Source of the DNA: an uncultured Eggerthellaceae bacterium
GTDB taxonomy: Bacteria; Actinomycetota; Coriobacteriia; Coriobacteriales; Eggerthellaceae
Assembly (NCBI GenBank): GCA_947564425.1
Contig: CANOBU010000001.1
Span: 158-64,157, forward strand
Direction of reading: 5' to 3'
DNA length: 64,000 nt
The position numbers and the translations under genes were made by a program. Shown one piece after another: positions 26,391 to 35,426 of this stretch (its first letter is position 1; every line of letters starts with the position of its first letter). The notes beneath the pieces are model-generated. The model searched no databases, was not told the DNA's origin, and was given only the letters and a program-made list of their open reading frames with translations.

Positions 26391-27380
26391 TTAGAGCTTC
26401 ACAGAGTACACGTAGCCGCCGCCGTAGAACTTTCCGAAGATGTACTTGTTGCAAGCCGACTCGTCGGCTATGTAGATGCGGCCGTCGTGGGTCTCGATGC
26501 CCTCGGTCATGGGCGGTGCCTCGATGGTGTCCACCAGGCTGGAGGAATCAAGACTCAGCAGGGGCACTTCGGCACCGTCGGCGGGGAACCGGCCCAGGGG
26601 CTGCACCAGGGCCTCGTCGTAGACCAGCAGCTGCGAGGCCGCCAGGCCGTAGGAGGTCGACAGAACGATGCGGCCTTCTTCGGTGAAGCATACCCCCTGC
26701 ACCTTGCCCGGGATGGAGTACACGCGCTCGGCCTGGACGGAGAATCCGCAGGGGTCGTCGCCGTCGGCGGGATAGGCATACAGCACGGCCGGGTTCTCGT
26801 TGCCGTCGGCGGCCAGGATGCGATGCTCGGCCGGGGTCTCGTAGGCTTCGGGGAAGTAGAAGTTGCCCGTGTACAGCGTGCCGTTCTCGATGTTCATGAA
26901 GGCGGGGGAGAAGTCGAGGTCGCGCTTGGCCCGGGCCTCCACCGTATCGCCGTCCGACGCAGCCGCCACGGCGGGGGCGTCCAGGATGAGATAGCCTTCC
27001 TCGCAGGTGAGCAGCACATGGTCATCGGTGCTGGTGACACCCGATCCATGGCCGTCGTAGATGCTGCCGTCGGGCAGGGCCACCAGCAGCTTCGCGAAGG
27101 TGCCGTCGCCGCATTGCCGGTACAGGGGAGAGGGCGAACCGTCGGACATATAGCCGCTGAACAGCCAGCCCTGCGCGGCCTCGAGGTAATCGAGGTCCTG
27201 GGGGATGAAGCCCTCGTCGAGCCCCGGCTGCATGAATTCCGCCCGGGCCGCCTCGTAGAATCGGCTGTAGGTGCCGTGCATATAGGCGTTCACGGCGGCG
27301 ATGCCGATGGCTGCTGCAGCGGCCAGGGCGATGAAGATTCCGATGAAGGCCTTCGCGGCTTTCGGCAGGGGCTGTTCCAT
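26391..27380 (-). CDS. hypothetical membrane-anchored extracytoplasmic protein (329 aa)
   Basis: Track ORF with GGAGGGAGG upstream. Has an N-terminal TM/signal anchor AFIGIFIALAAAAAIGIAAV, and the remainder looks beta-rich. No family recognised. The opposite-strand ORF 26379..27638 looks spurious. Confidence 0.6.
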   Translation of the reverse strand: MEQPLPKAAKAFIGIFIALAAAAAIGIAAVNAYMHGTYSRFYEAARAEFMQPGLDEGFIPQDLDYLEAAQGWLFSGYMSDGSPSPLYRQCGDGTFAKLLVALPDGSIYDGHGSGVTSTDDHVLLTCEEGYLILDAPAVAAASDGDTVEARAKRDLDFSPAFMNIENGTLYTGNFYFPEAYETPAEHRILAADGNENPAVLYAYPADGDDPCGFSVQAERVYSIPGKVQGVCFTEEGRIVLSTSYGLAASQLLVYDEALVQPLGRFPADGAEVPLLSLDSSSLVDTIEAPPMTEGIETHDGRIYIADESACNKYIFGKFYGGGYVYSVKL

Positions 27381-27608
27381 GGGGCCTCCCTCCAGACGGT
27401 CGGTGCAGCTATCTTAGCATCGGGGTGTGCGGCGCCGCGCCCGCCCGCCCCATCGTTCCCGCGCCGTTTCCTTCGCCTTCGCCCCTCGCGCCGCCTTCCG
27501 TTCTGCCGGTTGGGCGCATCCGCCGGTTCGCGGGCCGCCCGTTGCGGCCGCAGTTCAACAATCCCCCAACCTTATGGGCCGCCCCGGCGGCGCGGACGCG
27601 CGTCCCCC

Positions 27609-27614
27609 TATAAT
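27609..27614 (+). promoter_or_regulatory. TATAAT -10 box upstream of brnQ
   Basis: Perfect TATAAT at 27609-27614, 24 nt before ATG 27639, with GGAAGGAGGG in between. Confidence 0.4.
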
Positions 27615-27638
27615 CGGGGCAGGGGAAGGAGGGATGCT

Positions 27639-28958
27639 ATGGCGGACGGAAGATCGGGCCGCGGCGGCAGGGCCGCAGGCCTTCCATTGGCGAAGGACGC
27701 CGTCATCGTCGGATTCGCGCTGTTCGCCATGTTCTTCGGAGCGGGCAACCTCATCTTCCCGCCTGCGCTGGGCCAGGAAAGCGGCGCTTTGTGGCCGGCG
27801 TCGCTCATCGCGTTCGTGGTGTTCGATGCCGTGCTGGCATGCGGCGGCATCTATGCGCTGGCGGCATCAGGCGGCCCCATCGCCGCTATCGAGGGTGCTA
27901 TCGGCAAGCGGCCGGCCCTGGTGCTGGTCACGGCTGCCACCACCTGCCTCTGCGTGCTGTTCGCCATGCCCCGCACCGCCGCCACCACCTTCGAGATATC
28001 CGTCGCCCCCTATCTGGGCGACGATCCCTCTTGGGCGCTCCTGCCGTTCTCGCTCGCCTTCTTCGCCGTGGTGTACCTGCTGTCCATGCGGGAGTCCCGG
28101 CTGGTCGACATCATCGGCCGTTTCTTCACCCCCACCCTGGTGGTGGGGGTGGTCATATTGGTAGTAGCCGGCATCGTGCATCCCATCGGCCCCGTCGGCG
28201 AGCCTTTGTCGGGCCAGGTGGTCCAGGAGGGCGTGCGGGCCGGGTACCAGACCATGGATGTGCTGGGCGTGGTGGCCTTCGGCATAATCATCATCGATTC
28301 GGCGGTGGTGCAGGGCTGCGCGACGAAGCAGGCGAAGCTGGGTGTGATCGGCGCCGCCGGCCTTATCACGGTGCTTTTGCTGGGCGCGATCTACGGGGGG
28401 CTCGCGTATCTGGGCGCCACATCGGACAGCTTGGGCACCGGCATGACCCAGGTGGGTCTGCTGGTGGCCATCACCCGGGCGCTGCTGGGCGCTGCCGGGC
28501 TCGCCATATTGGGGGCCGTGGTGCTTTTGGCCTGCATCACCACGGCCGTGGCCCTGGTGGGGTCGGCGGCCGCCTATTTCGAGAAGCTCACGCATATCCG
28601 CTACCGCATACTGCTCCTGGCCGATTGCGCCATAGGCGTGCTCATATGCAACCTGGGCCTGGATGCCATCCTGCAATTCGCCGACCCGGTGCTGGGCTGC
28701 ATCTATCCGCCGCTGCTCACGGTGGTGGTACTGCTGTTCTTCAGCCGTTTCATCCGCAGCCGCCGCATCTACCAGGGGGCCGCCCTGGGCGCCCTGGCGG
28801 CCGGCGCAGCCCTGGAGCTCTACATAACCGGTGCCGTCACCCTGATCCCCCTGGATGGCCTGCCCTTCTATTCCATGGGCCTGGCCTGGGCCCCCTTCGC
28901 CGCCCTAGGAGGCCTGGTGGGTTACCTGTCAAGCAAGGCAATCCCCCCAACCCCCTAA
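27639..28958 (+). CDS. brnQ: branched-chain amino acid transport system II carrier
   Basis: In-frame tail of ORF 26379..28958. The N-terminus reads KDAVIVGFALFAMFFGAGNLIFPPALGQESG, the LIVCS-family signature. About 12 TM segments, 439 aa. Confidence 0.85.
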   Translation: MADGRSGRGGRAAGLPLAKDAVIVGFALFAMFFGAGNLIFPPALGQESGALWPASLIAFVVFDAVLACGGIYALAASGGPIAAIEGAIGKRPALVLVTAATTCLCVLFAMPRTAATTFEISVAPYLGDDPSWALLPFSLAFFAVVYLLSMRESRLVDIIGRFFTPTLVVGVVILVVAGIVHPIGPVGEPLSGQVVQEGVRAGYQTMDVLGVVAFGIIIIDSAVVQGCATKQAKLGVIGAAGLITVLLLGAIYGGLAYLGATSDSLGTGMTQVGLLVAITRALLGAAGLAILGAVVLLACITTAVALVGSAAAYFEKLTHIRYRILLLADCAIGVLICNLGLDAILQFADPVLGCIYPPLLTVVVLLFFSRFIRSRRIYQGAALGALAAGAALELYITGAVTLIPLDGLPFYSMGLAWAPFAALGGLVGYLSSKAIPPTP

Positions 28959-28984
28959 CCGCCCCAGCGGCAAGATGAGTCGCT

Positions 28985-29155
28985 CGCCCTCGGAAGGGAG
29001 GCCGGAAGCGGGGCGCCGGAGGGCCGGGAGGGTCCGGCCGATTCTGCAGCTCGGCGAAAAGGCAGGCAGGTTAGCCCGGGTTCCCGCCGAGCGAAGCCAA
29101 GGCCGGACCCTCCCGGCCCTCCGGCGCCCCGCTTCCGGCCTCCCTTCCGAGGGCG
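28985..29155. repeat. perfect 55-bp inverted repeat with 61-nt spacer
   Basis: I paired 28985-29039 against 29101-29155 base by base and found 55/55 complementary. The spacer 29040-29100 contains gcttcgctcgg on the minus strand. It lies between convergent brnQ and the activase gene. Confidence 0.95.
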
Positions 29156-29164
29156 CCCAGCGGA

Positions 29165-30148
29165 TCACCTCTTGACCGCGCCCCTCTCGCAGCGGTTGCC
29201 CCACGAATCGATCAGCTGGCTGTCGCGGTACACGCAGATCACCTCGCAGTGGTTGGCGCAGCGGCCGCATTCCACCTCGCGGGTGGTGAAGTCGAAGTCC
29301 AGGGCGGCATCGAAGTCGAAGCGTCCGCCGGCGAAGGGTCCCGTGCCCCGGTCGCCCACGGGTCCCGCATCGGCGGCCAGCAGGGCGGCCCCGAAAGCGC
29401 CCATCAGATGGCCGTCGGGATCCACCGTCACCGGCATCCCCAGCTGCTCCTCGAAGGCACGGACCACCCCGGCGTTCTTGCTCACGCCGCCCTGGAACAC
29501 CACGGGGGCGGCGATCTTCTTCCCCTTGCCCACATTGTTCAGGTAGTTCGAGGCCACGGCATTGCACAGCCCGGCGATGATGTCCTCGCGGGCATAGCCC
29601 ACCTGGATCTTATGCACCAGGTCGGATTCGGCGAACACGGTGCAGCGGGCGGCGATGTTGGCCGGGCGCTTCGAGGTCAGGGCGATATCGCCGAATTCCT
29701 CCACCTCCACGCCCAGGCGGTGGGCTTGGCTCGACAGGAACGAGCCGGTGCCCGCCGCGCATAGGGTGTTCATGGCGTAGTCCACGGCTATGCCGCCGTC
29801 CACGCATATGATCTTGGAATCCTGGCCGCCTATCTCCAGGATGGTGCGCACGTCGGGATGCAGGTGCGTGGTGCCCACGGCATGGGCGGTTATCTCGTTC
29901 TTCACCACCGAAGCGCCTATCATGGCGCCGATCAGGCGCCGGGCGCTGCCGGTGGTGCCGGCTCCCACCACGGCCGTATCGGGCCCGATCTGCCCCTCCA
30001 GCTCCGCGATGACGTTCTTCGCACCCTGGGCGGGGTTGCCCTCCGTCCACAGGTACGAGCGGGCCAGGATGCGGCCGCCGCCGTCTATCACCACGCCCTT
30101 GGTCGAGATGGATCCTATATCGATGCCGAGGTAGGCCTGGTCGGTCAT
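29165..30148 (-). CDS. BcrAD/BadFG/HgdC-type ATPase (activase for a radical/FeS enzyme)
   Basis: In-frame tail of ORF 29165..31063. ATG 30148 overlaps the upstream stop (ATGA). The ASKHA motif is AYLGIDIGSISTKGVVID, with GGQDSKII also present. The C-terminal tail reads ECGRCANHCEV...GNRCERG. Confidence 0.9.
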   Translation of the reverse strand: MTDQAYLGIDIGSISTKGVVIDGGGRILARSYLWTEGNPAQGAKNVIAELEGQIGPDTAVVGAGTTGSARRLIGAMIGASVVKNEITAHAVGTTHLHPDVRTILEIGGQDSKIICVDGGIAVDYAMNTLCAAGTGSFLSSQAHRLGVEVEEFGDIALTSKRPANIAARCTVFAESDLVHKIQVGYAREDIIAGLCNAVASNYLNNVGKGKKIAAPVVFQGGVSKNAGVVRAFEEQLGMPVTVDPDGHLMGAFGAALLAADAGPVGDRGTGPFAGGRFDFDAALDFDFTTREVECGRCANHCEVICVYRDSQLIDSWGNRCERGAVKR

Positions 30149-31386
30149 CGGCGCTTCGCCTCCTTCTTCATGGCCAGCATATCGTAGAAGGCCTCGAGCC
30201 GCGTATCGAGGCCGGTGTCGCTTGTCTGGGCGTCGTAGGTGAGGTACAGGATGGGTATGCGGTAGTCGGCGGCCAGGCGCTGCAGCACGGCCACGCAGTC
30301 TATCTCGGGGGTGCAGCCGGCCGACTTCGCGTGCACGATGCCGTCGAAGCCGCTCTCGGCGTACTTCTTCGCCGCAGCCACCGTGATGGTCGAGGTGGGG
30401 CCGGCGTTGTAGGCCAGGTACTCGCTCACGTTCACGCGCATGTTGTCCTCGTTGTACCTGATCATGCGGTTCGATAGGTTCACCATGCGGTGCAGCTCCA
30501 CGCCCATGGCCAGCAGCTTCTCGTCGAGGCCCAGGTTCGAGTGGGCGTCGATGGCGGTGAATATCTCGCCCACGATGCCGATGCGGATGGGCTGGGCCGG
30601 CTTGTCCAGGGGGATGGAGCGCATCTGCTGCATGGCGCGGTTGAAGCCGTCGCTTATCTCGCGGGCCGTGGTGCACGAGGCCATGGCGTCCATGAAATCC
30701 TGCCAGGCGCGGCGGAACGCCCCCTCTTCCACCTCGAATCCGGCGTTGGCCAGGTAGAAGTCGTAGGCCTCGTCGAGCTTGTTCACCATCGAGGCCGTTG
30801 CCAGCAGCTGGCGCACGCCGTGGGGTATGTCGATATCGGCGTTCACCGTCTTCAGGCACTCCTTGGCGAAACCCAGGTAGCCCTGCTCGAGCCCTGCGGC
30901 GAAATTGAGCATCTGGAATTCGTAGCCCAGGTCGCGCAGGATCAGCTCGTGCAGCTCGCCGTAGTAGCTCAGCCGGCAGAAGCCGCCGAACTGCACCAGC
31001 ACGTCGGCTCCCAACTCCAGAGCCTCGATGTAGTCGCCCAGCATGTGCTTGAAGGGGGTGCACACGTAGTCGCTGGAATGCTGGGACCCTTGCTCGATGG
31101 TGCGCCGCGTGGGGGCGGGCAGCGGCAGGTACTCTGCATCGAGCACCTGCTCCACGAAGTATTTGAAGGCGGGGGCGTAGTGGCTGTAGCGGAAGAAGGC
31201 CACCTTGATGCGCTTGTGGCGGTCGCGCTTCAGGCGCTTGGGCCGGTCGGCGATGATGGTGGGGGGCCGCAGCTTCTCGGGCACGAAGGCGATGGCGGCC
31301 CTCACCGCATCGCTGAAGCGGCGCTCTGCGGTGTTGTTCGCCAGGTCGCGGGGTGCGCGGGTGGGCTTCTCTTCGCTAGCGGCCAT
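30145..31386 (-). CDS. activase-associated protein, dehydratase-component-like (tentatively COG3581/DUF2229 type)
   Basis: A 413-aa track ORF that overlaps its neighbours by 11 and 4 nt. Conserved-looking Cys contexts are DYVCTPFKH, GGFCRLSYYG and KSAGCTPEIDC. The family name is from memory and untested. Confidence 0.65.
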   Translation of the reverse strand: MAASEEKPTRAPRDLANNTAERRFSDAVRAAIAFVPEKLRPPTIIADRPKRLKRDRHKRIKVAFFRYSHYAPAFKYFVEQVLDAEYLPLPAPTRRTIEQGSQHSSDYVCTPFKHMLGDYIEALELGADVLVQFGGFCRLSYYGELHELILRDLGYEFQMLNFAAGLEQGYLGFAKECLKTVNADIDIPHGVRQLLATASMVNKLDEAYDFYLANAGFEVEEGAFRRAWQDFMDAMASCTTAREISDGFNRAMQQMRSIPLDKPAQPIRIGIVGEIFTAIDAHSNLGLDEKLLAMGVELHRMVNLSNRMIRYNEDNMRVNVSEYLAYNAGPTSTITVAAAKKYAESGFDGIVHAKSAGCTPEIDCVAVLQRLAADYRIPILYLTYDAQTSDTGLDTRLEAFYDMLAMKKEAKRR

Positions 31387-32422
31387 GGGTGTAGCCTCCC
31401 TGTTTCTGGAAGCGCAGAATGTCGATGAAGCTCTCGATGCGCGTCTCGACGCCCGCGGTGCCGCTCTGCGCGTCTATCATGAGGTTCAGGATGGGCGTTC
31501 CCTGCACCGTGCGCATGACGGCATCGTCGGTCATGGAGTCGGGGCCGCAGGGGAAGGCGCTCACCAGCACGATGCCGTCCACCCTGTCCTGCAGCATCAG
31601 GATGGACCCGATGAGCTCGCGGTTCACTATCCACGGCAGGGTCGCCGAGAACGAGAAGCTCTTCTTGAACGCCTTCTCGCGGTTGGTATCGTCGGCGAAC
31701 AGCACCGTTGCGTCGGCCTCGCGCAGCGCATCGACGATGGCGCCGCACAGGTAGCCGTCGTGGGCGATATAGGGGTGGGCCACCAGCAGGATGGCCAGAG
31801 GCGCCTGCTCGGTGCCCGTGGGGTCCTTGGCCACCACCCGGCGGTACTCGTCCAGCAGCTTCAAGGTCTTCTCCTGGGCTGCCGCGCGTTTCCGGCAGGC
31901 GGCGCTGTATGCCGCCCAGGCGCCGTCGGCGGCCTTCCGGGCCCGCTTGGGGTTTACGCCCAGCTGCTGGGCTATGGAATCGGCGGCCCGCCGCGCCGCC
32001 TTCCTATCGGTGATGGTCTCGATGCGGGGGCTCAGCAGCCGGCAGCCGTCCAGGCGGAACCGGTTGCGCACGAGGTCCTGCTGGGCTTGGAATTTCGTGC
32101 AGAAGCCCGCCCGGGGGTCGCCGTTGCCGAAGCTGGGCACGAACAGCGCGTCCACCTGCCCCAGCAGGCTGGCCACATGGCCCATGAACGCCTTCGAGGC
32201 CAGGCAGCATTCATCGACGGAAAGCCGGTCGCCCTCCTCCACGATGGCGCGGTCGGTCTCGCGGCTGAGGACCACCTCGTAGCCCAGGGCCTCGAAGAAT
32301 GCCGTCCAGAGGCTCCCATAGCGGTAATACAGGAAGGCGCGGGGTATGCCGATGCGGCGGATGTCCCGGGATTCCCTTCCCTCTGTTGGCAATAGCACGG
32401 CGAACCTTTCTCTCGGAATCAT
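31376..32422 (-). CDS. activase-associated protein, dehydratase-component-like (tentatively COG3580 type)
   Basis: In frame with ORF 31376..32515. Start set at ATG 32422, but it is uncertain. Contains IGIPRAFLYYRYGSLWTAFFEALG, DECCLASKAF, GFCTKFQ and SAFPCGPDSM. Confidence 0.65.
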   Translation of the reverse strand: MIPRERFAVLLPTEGRESRDIRRIGIPRAFLYYRYGSLWTAFFEALGYEVVLSRETDRAIVEEGDRLSVDECCLASKAFMGHVASLLGQVDALFVPSFGNGDPRAGFCTKFQAQQDLVRNRFRLDGCRLLSPRIETITDRKAARRAADSIAQQLGVNPKRARKAADGAWAAYSAACRKRAAAQEKTLKLLDEYRRVVAKDPTGTEQAPLAILLVAHPYIAHDGYLCGAIVDALREADATVLFADDTNREKAFKKSFSFSATLPWIVNRELIGSILMLQDRVDGIVLVSAFPCGPDSMTDDAVMRTVQGTPILNLMIDAQSGTAGVETRIESFIDILRFQKQGGYTHGR

Positions 32423-32693
32423 CCAGTATAGCCCGGCTGGGGGCCGAAGCGGATGGGGATATCGTGCGTTCCGGCGGCTGCGCGCCCGAGAACGGCGCTT
32501 GCGGTCTCGCGCCATCGACCATCCCGGTGGGATAACCCGCCCTTACGGGACGATACCTGGATTTCATTGTAGGATTCGTCGGGATTCGCCCTGGCGGAAT
32601 CGCAGTATGTTACGATTTCATCTTCGAAGGATTCAACGGCGGAGCCGTCGGGAATCGGGTTCGGAAAAGGGGTTGGGCTTGTACAGCTGTTCG

Positions 32694-35426
32694 ATGCAGA
32701 TCGATCTTGTGGGGCTGACCGACGGGCAGCGGGCCCTTTTGGAGGCCATGGCGCCCCCGGAGGCGTTCGCCTACAGCATCCGCAGCACGGACCCCGCCGA
32801 TCCGTCCCTTGCCGATGCCGATGCCATCTTCGCCTGCGCCGATGCGGACGAAGCCGGCGCCCTGCTGGGCGCCCTGGCTTCCCGGAAGCGCCCCGAGGCG
32901 GACCTCATCGCCATCGTGCCCCCTGCGGCGTTCCCGGCCCTCGAGCCCTTCCTGGACAGCCTGGCCGATGTATGGCCCGCGCCCCTGGGCGATGCCGAGC
33001 TGCGCTTCCGCTTCGACCGCTGGCAGCAGCGGCGCAAGCAGCAGGCCGATGCCTGGCAGACGGCGCAGTTCCTGGATGCCACCATCGATTCCATCCCCAG
33101 CCTGGTGTGGTACAAGACGCGCGACGGCATACACGAGAAGGTCAACGACAGCTTCTGCGCCACCGTGTGCAAGACCAAGCAGCAGGTGCAGGGCCGCGGC
33201 CATGCCTATATATGGGATGTGGAGCAGGACGACCCCGCCTGCATCGAATCGGAGCGGCAGGTGATGGCTTCGCGCAGGACCTGCATCTCGGAGGAGATGG
33301 TGCAGACCGGCGATGGTACGCGGCTGTTGACCACTTATAAGTCGCCGCTCTACGACCTGGACGGCTCCGTCATGGGCACCGTGGGCGTGGGCATCGACAT
33401 CACGCAGGAGCGCGCCTACGAGAACGACCTCATCGAGAAGAACCGCACCCTCGAGACGATCTTCACGTCGCTGGACTGCGGCGTGCTCACCCATAGCTCC
33501 GATGGGTCGCGCATATTGGGCGTGAACCAGACGGCCCTGGATATCCTGGGCTATGGCTCCGAGGGCGAGCTGATGGAAGACGGTTTCAACATGATAGCCG
33601 GGTCTGTGGTCGAAGAGGACCGCGAGCGCCTGGTAAGCCAGATAACCCAGCTGGGAACCGTGGGCGAGCGCATATCCTGCCAGTACCGCGTGCGCCATCG
33701 CGATGGCAAGACCCTGCATGTCATGGGCGATATAAAGCTCATCGAGAAGGACGGCGAGCGCTATATCCAGCGCTTCCTGCTGGATATAACCGACCAGAAG
33801 CAGCGCGAAGAGCAGCGCGAGCGGCGCCAGCGCGGCTTGGTGGAGGCGCTCAGCCGGGATTACCTCGTGGTGTGCTCGTTCAACCTCGAGGACGGCCGCG
33901 GCGAGGTGCTGCGGGTCGCCAGCCAGGAGGACAGCGGCCTTGCCAGCATCTTCACCGGCGAGATATCCCTGGAGCGCACGGTGCCCCGCTACATCGAGGC
34001 GCGGGTGCTGGAAGAGGACCGCGAGATGCTGCGCGAGGCGCTCTCGGCGCCGAGCATCCTGGCGGAGCTCGAGCACGGGGACCGCTTCGACCGCCTGTAC
34101 CGTGCCGATAAGAGCGGCGTGGCGCGCTACCGCCAGGCCAGCGTGGTATCGGTGGAGGTGCCCGGCGAAGGGCGCTCGGTGGTGATGGGCTTCCGCAATG
34201 TGGACCAGCAGATCCGCGAGGAGCTCGACCAGAAGGCGCTGCTGGAAGAGGCCCTGGGCAATGCCAACCGGGCCAACGAGGCGAAGAGCGCCTTCCTGCT
34301 GAACATGTCGCATGACATCCGCACCCCCATGAACGCCATCGTGGGCTTCACCACCTTGGCGACCAATCATGTGCAGCAGCCCGAGAAGGTGGAAGGCTAC
34401 CTGCAGATGATCAAGACCTCGAGCGACCACCTGCTGGGCCTCATCAACGATATCCTGGACATGAGCCGCATCGAGCAGGGGAAGGTCTCGCTCGACGAGG
34501 AGCCCTGCGACCTGACGGGGATCTTCTGCGACCTCGAAGCCATGATGCGCCCCCAAGCGGATGCGAAGGGGCTCGATTTCCAGGTGGATGTCTCCCAGGT
34601 TCGGCATCGGGCCATCATCTGCGACCGCCTGAAGGTCAACCAGGTGCTGCTGAACCTGCTGGGCAATTCCGTGAAGTTCACCGAGAGCGGCTCGATCCGG
34701 GCCGAGCTGACGGAGCTTCCCGAATCGCTGGCGGGTTGGGGCAGCTACCGCATCATCGTGGAAGACACCGGCATCGGTATGAGTCAGGGCTTCCTCAAGT
34801 GCATATTCGACCCCTTCGAGCGCGAGCGGACCCAGACCATCAGCGGCATCCAGGGCAGCGGTTTGGGCATGGCCATCGTGAAGAACCTCGTGGAGATGAT
34901 GAACGGCACGGTGGAGGTCTGGAGCCAGGAGGGCGTGGGAACGCGCTTCACGGTGCTGGTGCCCTTCAAGCTGGCCGATGCATCCCTTCCGCTGGATGGG
35001 CGCGACCAGGGCCCCCGTATGGCATTCTCGGCCGAACGCGCAGCGCGCTACCGCATATTGCTGGTGGATGACAACCTCTTGAACCGCGAGATCGCCGAGG
35101 AGCTCCTGAGCGATGCCGGATTCAAGGTGGAGACGGCGGTGGACGGCCAGAATGCCCTCGATTGCCTCTCGGCGGTGCAGCCGGGATACTTCGATCTGGT
35201 GCTCATGGATATCCAGATGCCTGTGATGAACGGCTACGAGGCGGCTGCCGCCATCCGCGCCTTCGACGATCCGGGGCTGGCCGGCATCCCCATCCTGGCC
35301 GTCACGGCCGATGCCTTCGACGAGGACCGCCAGCGGGCATTGGACAGCGGCATGAACGGCCATTTGGCGAAGCCGATCGAAGTGGATAAGCTGTTCGGGA
35401 TCCTCGATTCGCTCCTGGACGGATAG
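32694..35426 (+). CDS. cytoplasmic hybrid sensor histidine kinase (receiver-like N-domain, PAS x2, HisKA, HATPase_c, REC)
   Basis: In frame with ORF 32346..35426. Start ATG 32694 was chosen from the onset of codon bias and has no strong SD. The H-box is SAFLLNMSHDIRTPMNAIVGF. The G-boxes are DTGIGM and GSGLGMAIV. The receiver reads ILLVDDN...LVLMDIQMP...AKP. No TM segment. Confidence 0.85.
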   Translation: MQIDLVGLTDGQRALLEAMAPPEAFAYSIRSTDPADPSLADADAIFACADADEAGALLGALASRKRPEADLIAIVPPAAFPALEPFLDSLADVWPAPLGDAELRFRFDRWQQRRKQQADAWQTAQFLDATIDSIPSLVWYKTRDGIHEKVNDSFCATVCKTKQQVQGRGHAYIWDVEQDDPACIESERQVMASRRTCISEEMVQTGDGTRLLTTYKSPLYDLDGSVMGTVGVGIDITQERAYENDLIEKNRTLETIFTSLDCGVLTHSSDGSRILGVNQTALDILGYGSEGELMEDGFNMIAGSVVEEDRERLVSQITQLGTVGERISCQYRVRHRDGKTLHVMGDIKLIEKDGERYIQRFLLDITDQKQREEQRERRQRGLVEALSRDYLVVCSFNLEDGRGEVLRVASQEDSGLASIFTGEISLERTVPRYIEARVLEEDREMLREALSAPSILAELEHGDRFDRLYRADKSGVARYRQASVVSVEVPGEGRSVVMGFRNVDQQIREELDQKALLEEALGNANRANEAKSAFLLNMSHDIRTPMNAIVGFTTLATNHVQQPEKVEGYLQMIKTSSDHLLGLINDILDMSRIEQGKVSLDEEPCDLTGIFCDLEAMMRPQADAKGLDFQVDVSQVRHRAIICDRLKVNQVLLNLLGNSVKFTESGSIRAELTELPESLAGWGSYRIIVEDTGIGMSQGFLKCIFDPFERERTQTISGIQGSGLGMAIVKNLVEMMNGTVEVWSQEGVGTRFTVLVPFKLADASLPLDGRDQGPRMAFSAERAARYRILLVDDNLLNREIAEELLSDAGFKVETAVDGQNALDCLSAVQPGYFDLVLMDIQMPVMNGYEAAAAIRAFDDPGLAGIPILAVTADAFDEDRQRALDSGMNGHLAKPIEVDKLFGILDSLLDG

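Noticed and set aside
26379-27638. The N-terminal 420 codons of track ORF 26379..28958, read as an extension of brnQ.
   Set aside because: That part is antisense to the better-supported gene 26391..27380 and is low-complexity. The BrnQ-homologous sequence starts at ATG 27639, behind a strong SD and a TATAAT box.
28975-29175. Small ORFs inside the palindromic elements, for example 28975..29175, 39168..39356, 39242..39445, 53624..53812 and 57356..57688.
   Set aside because: They exist on both strands with mirror-image translations, because the DNA is palindromic. They have no SD and their sequences are Arg/Pro/Gly-rich. These are artefacts of the inverted repeats.
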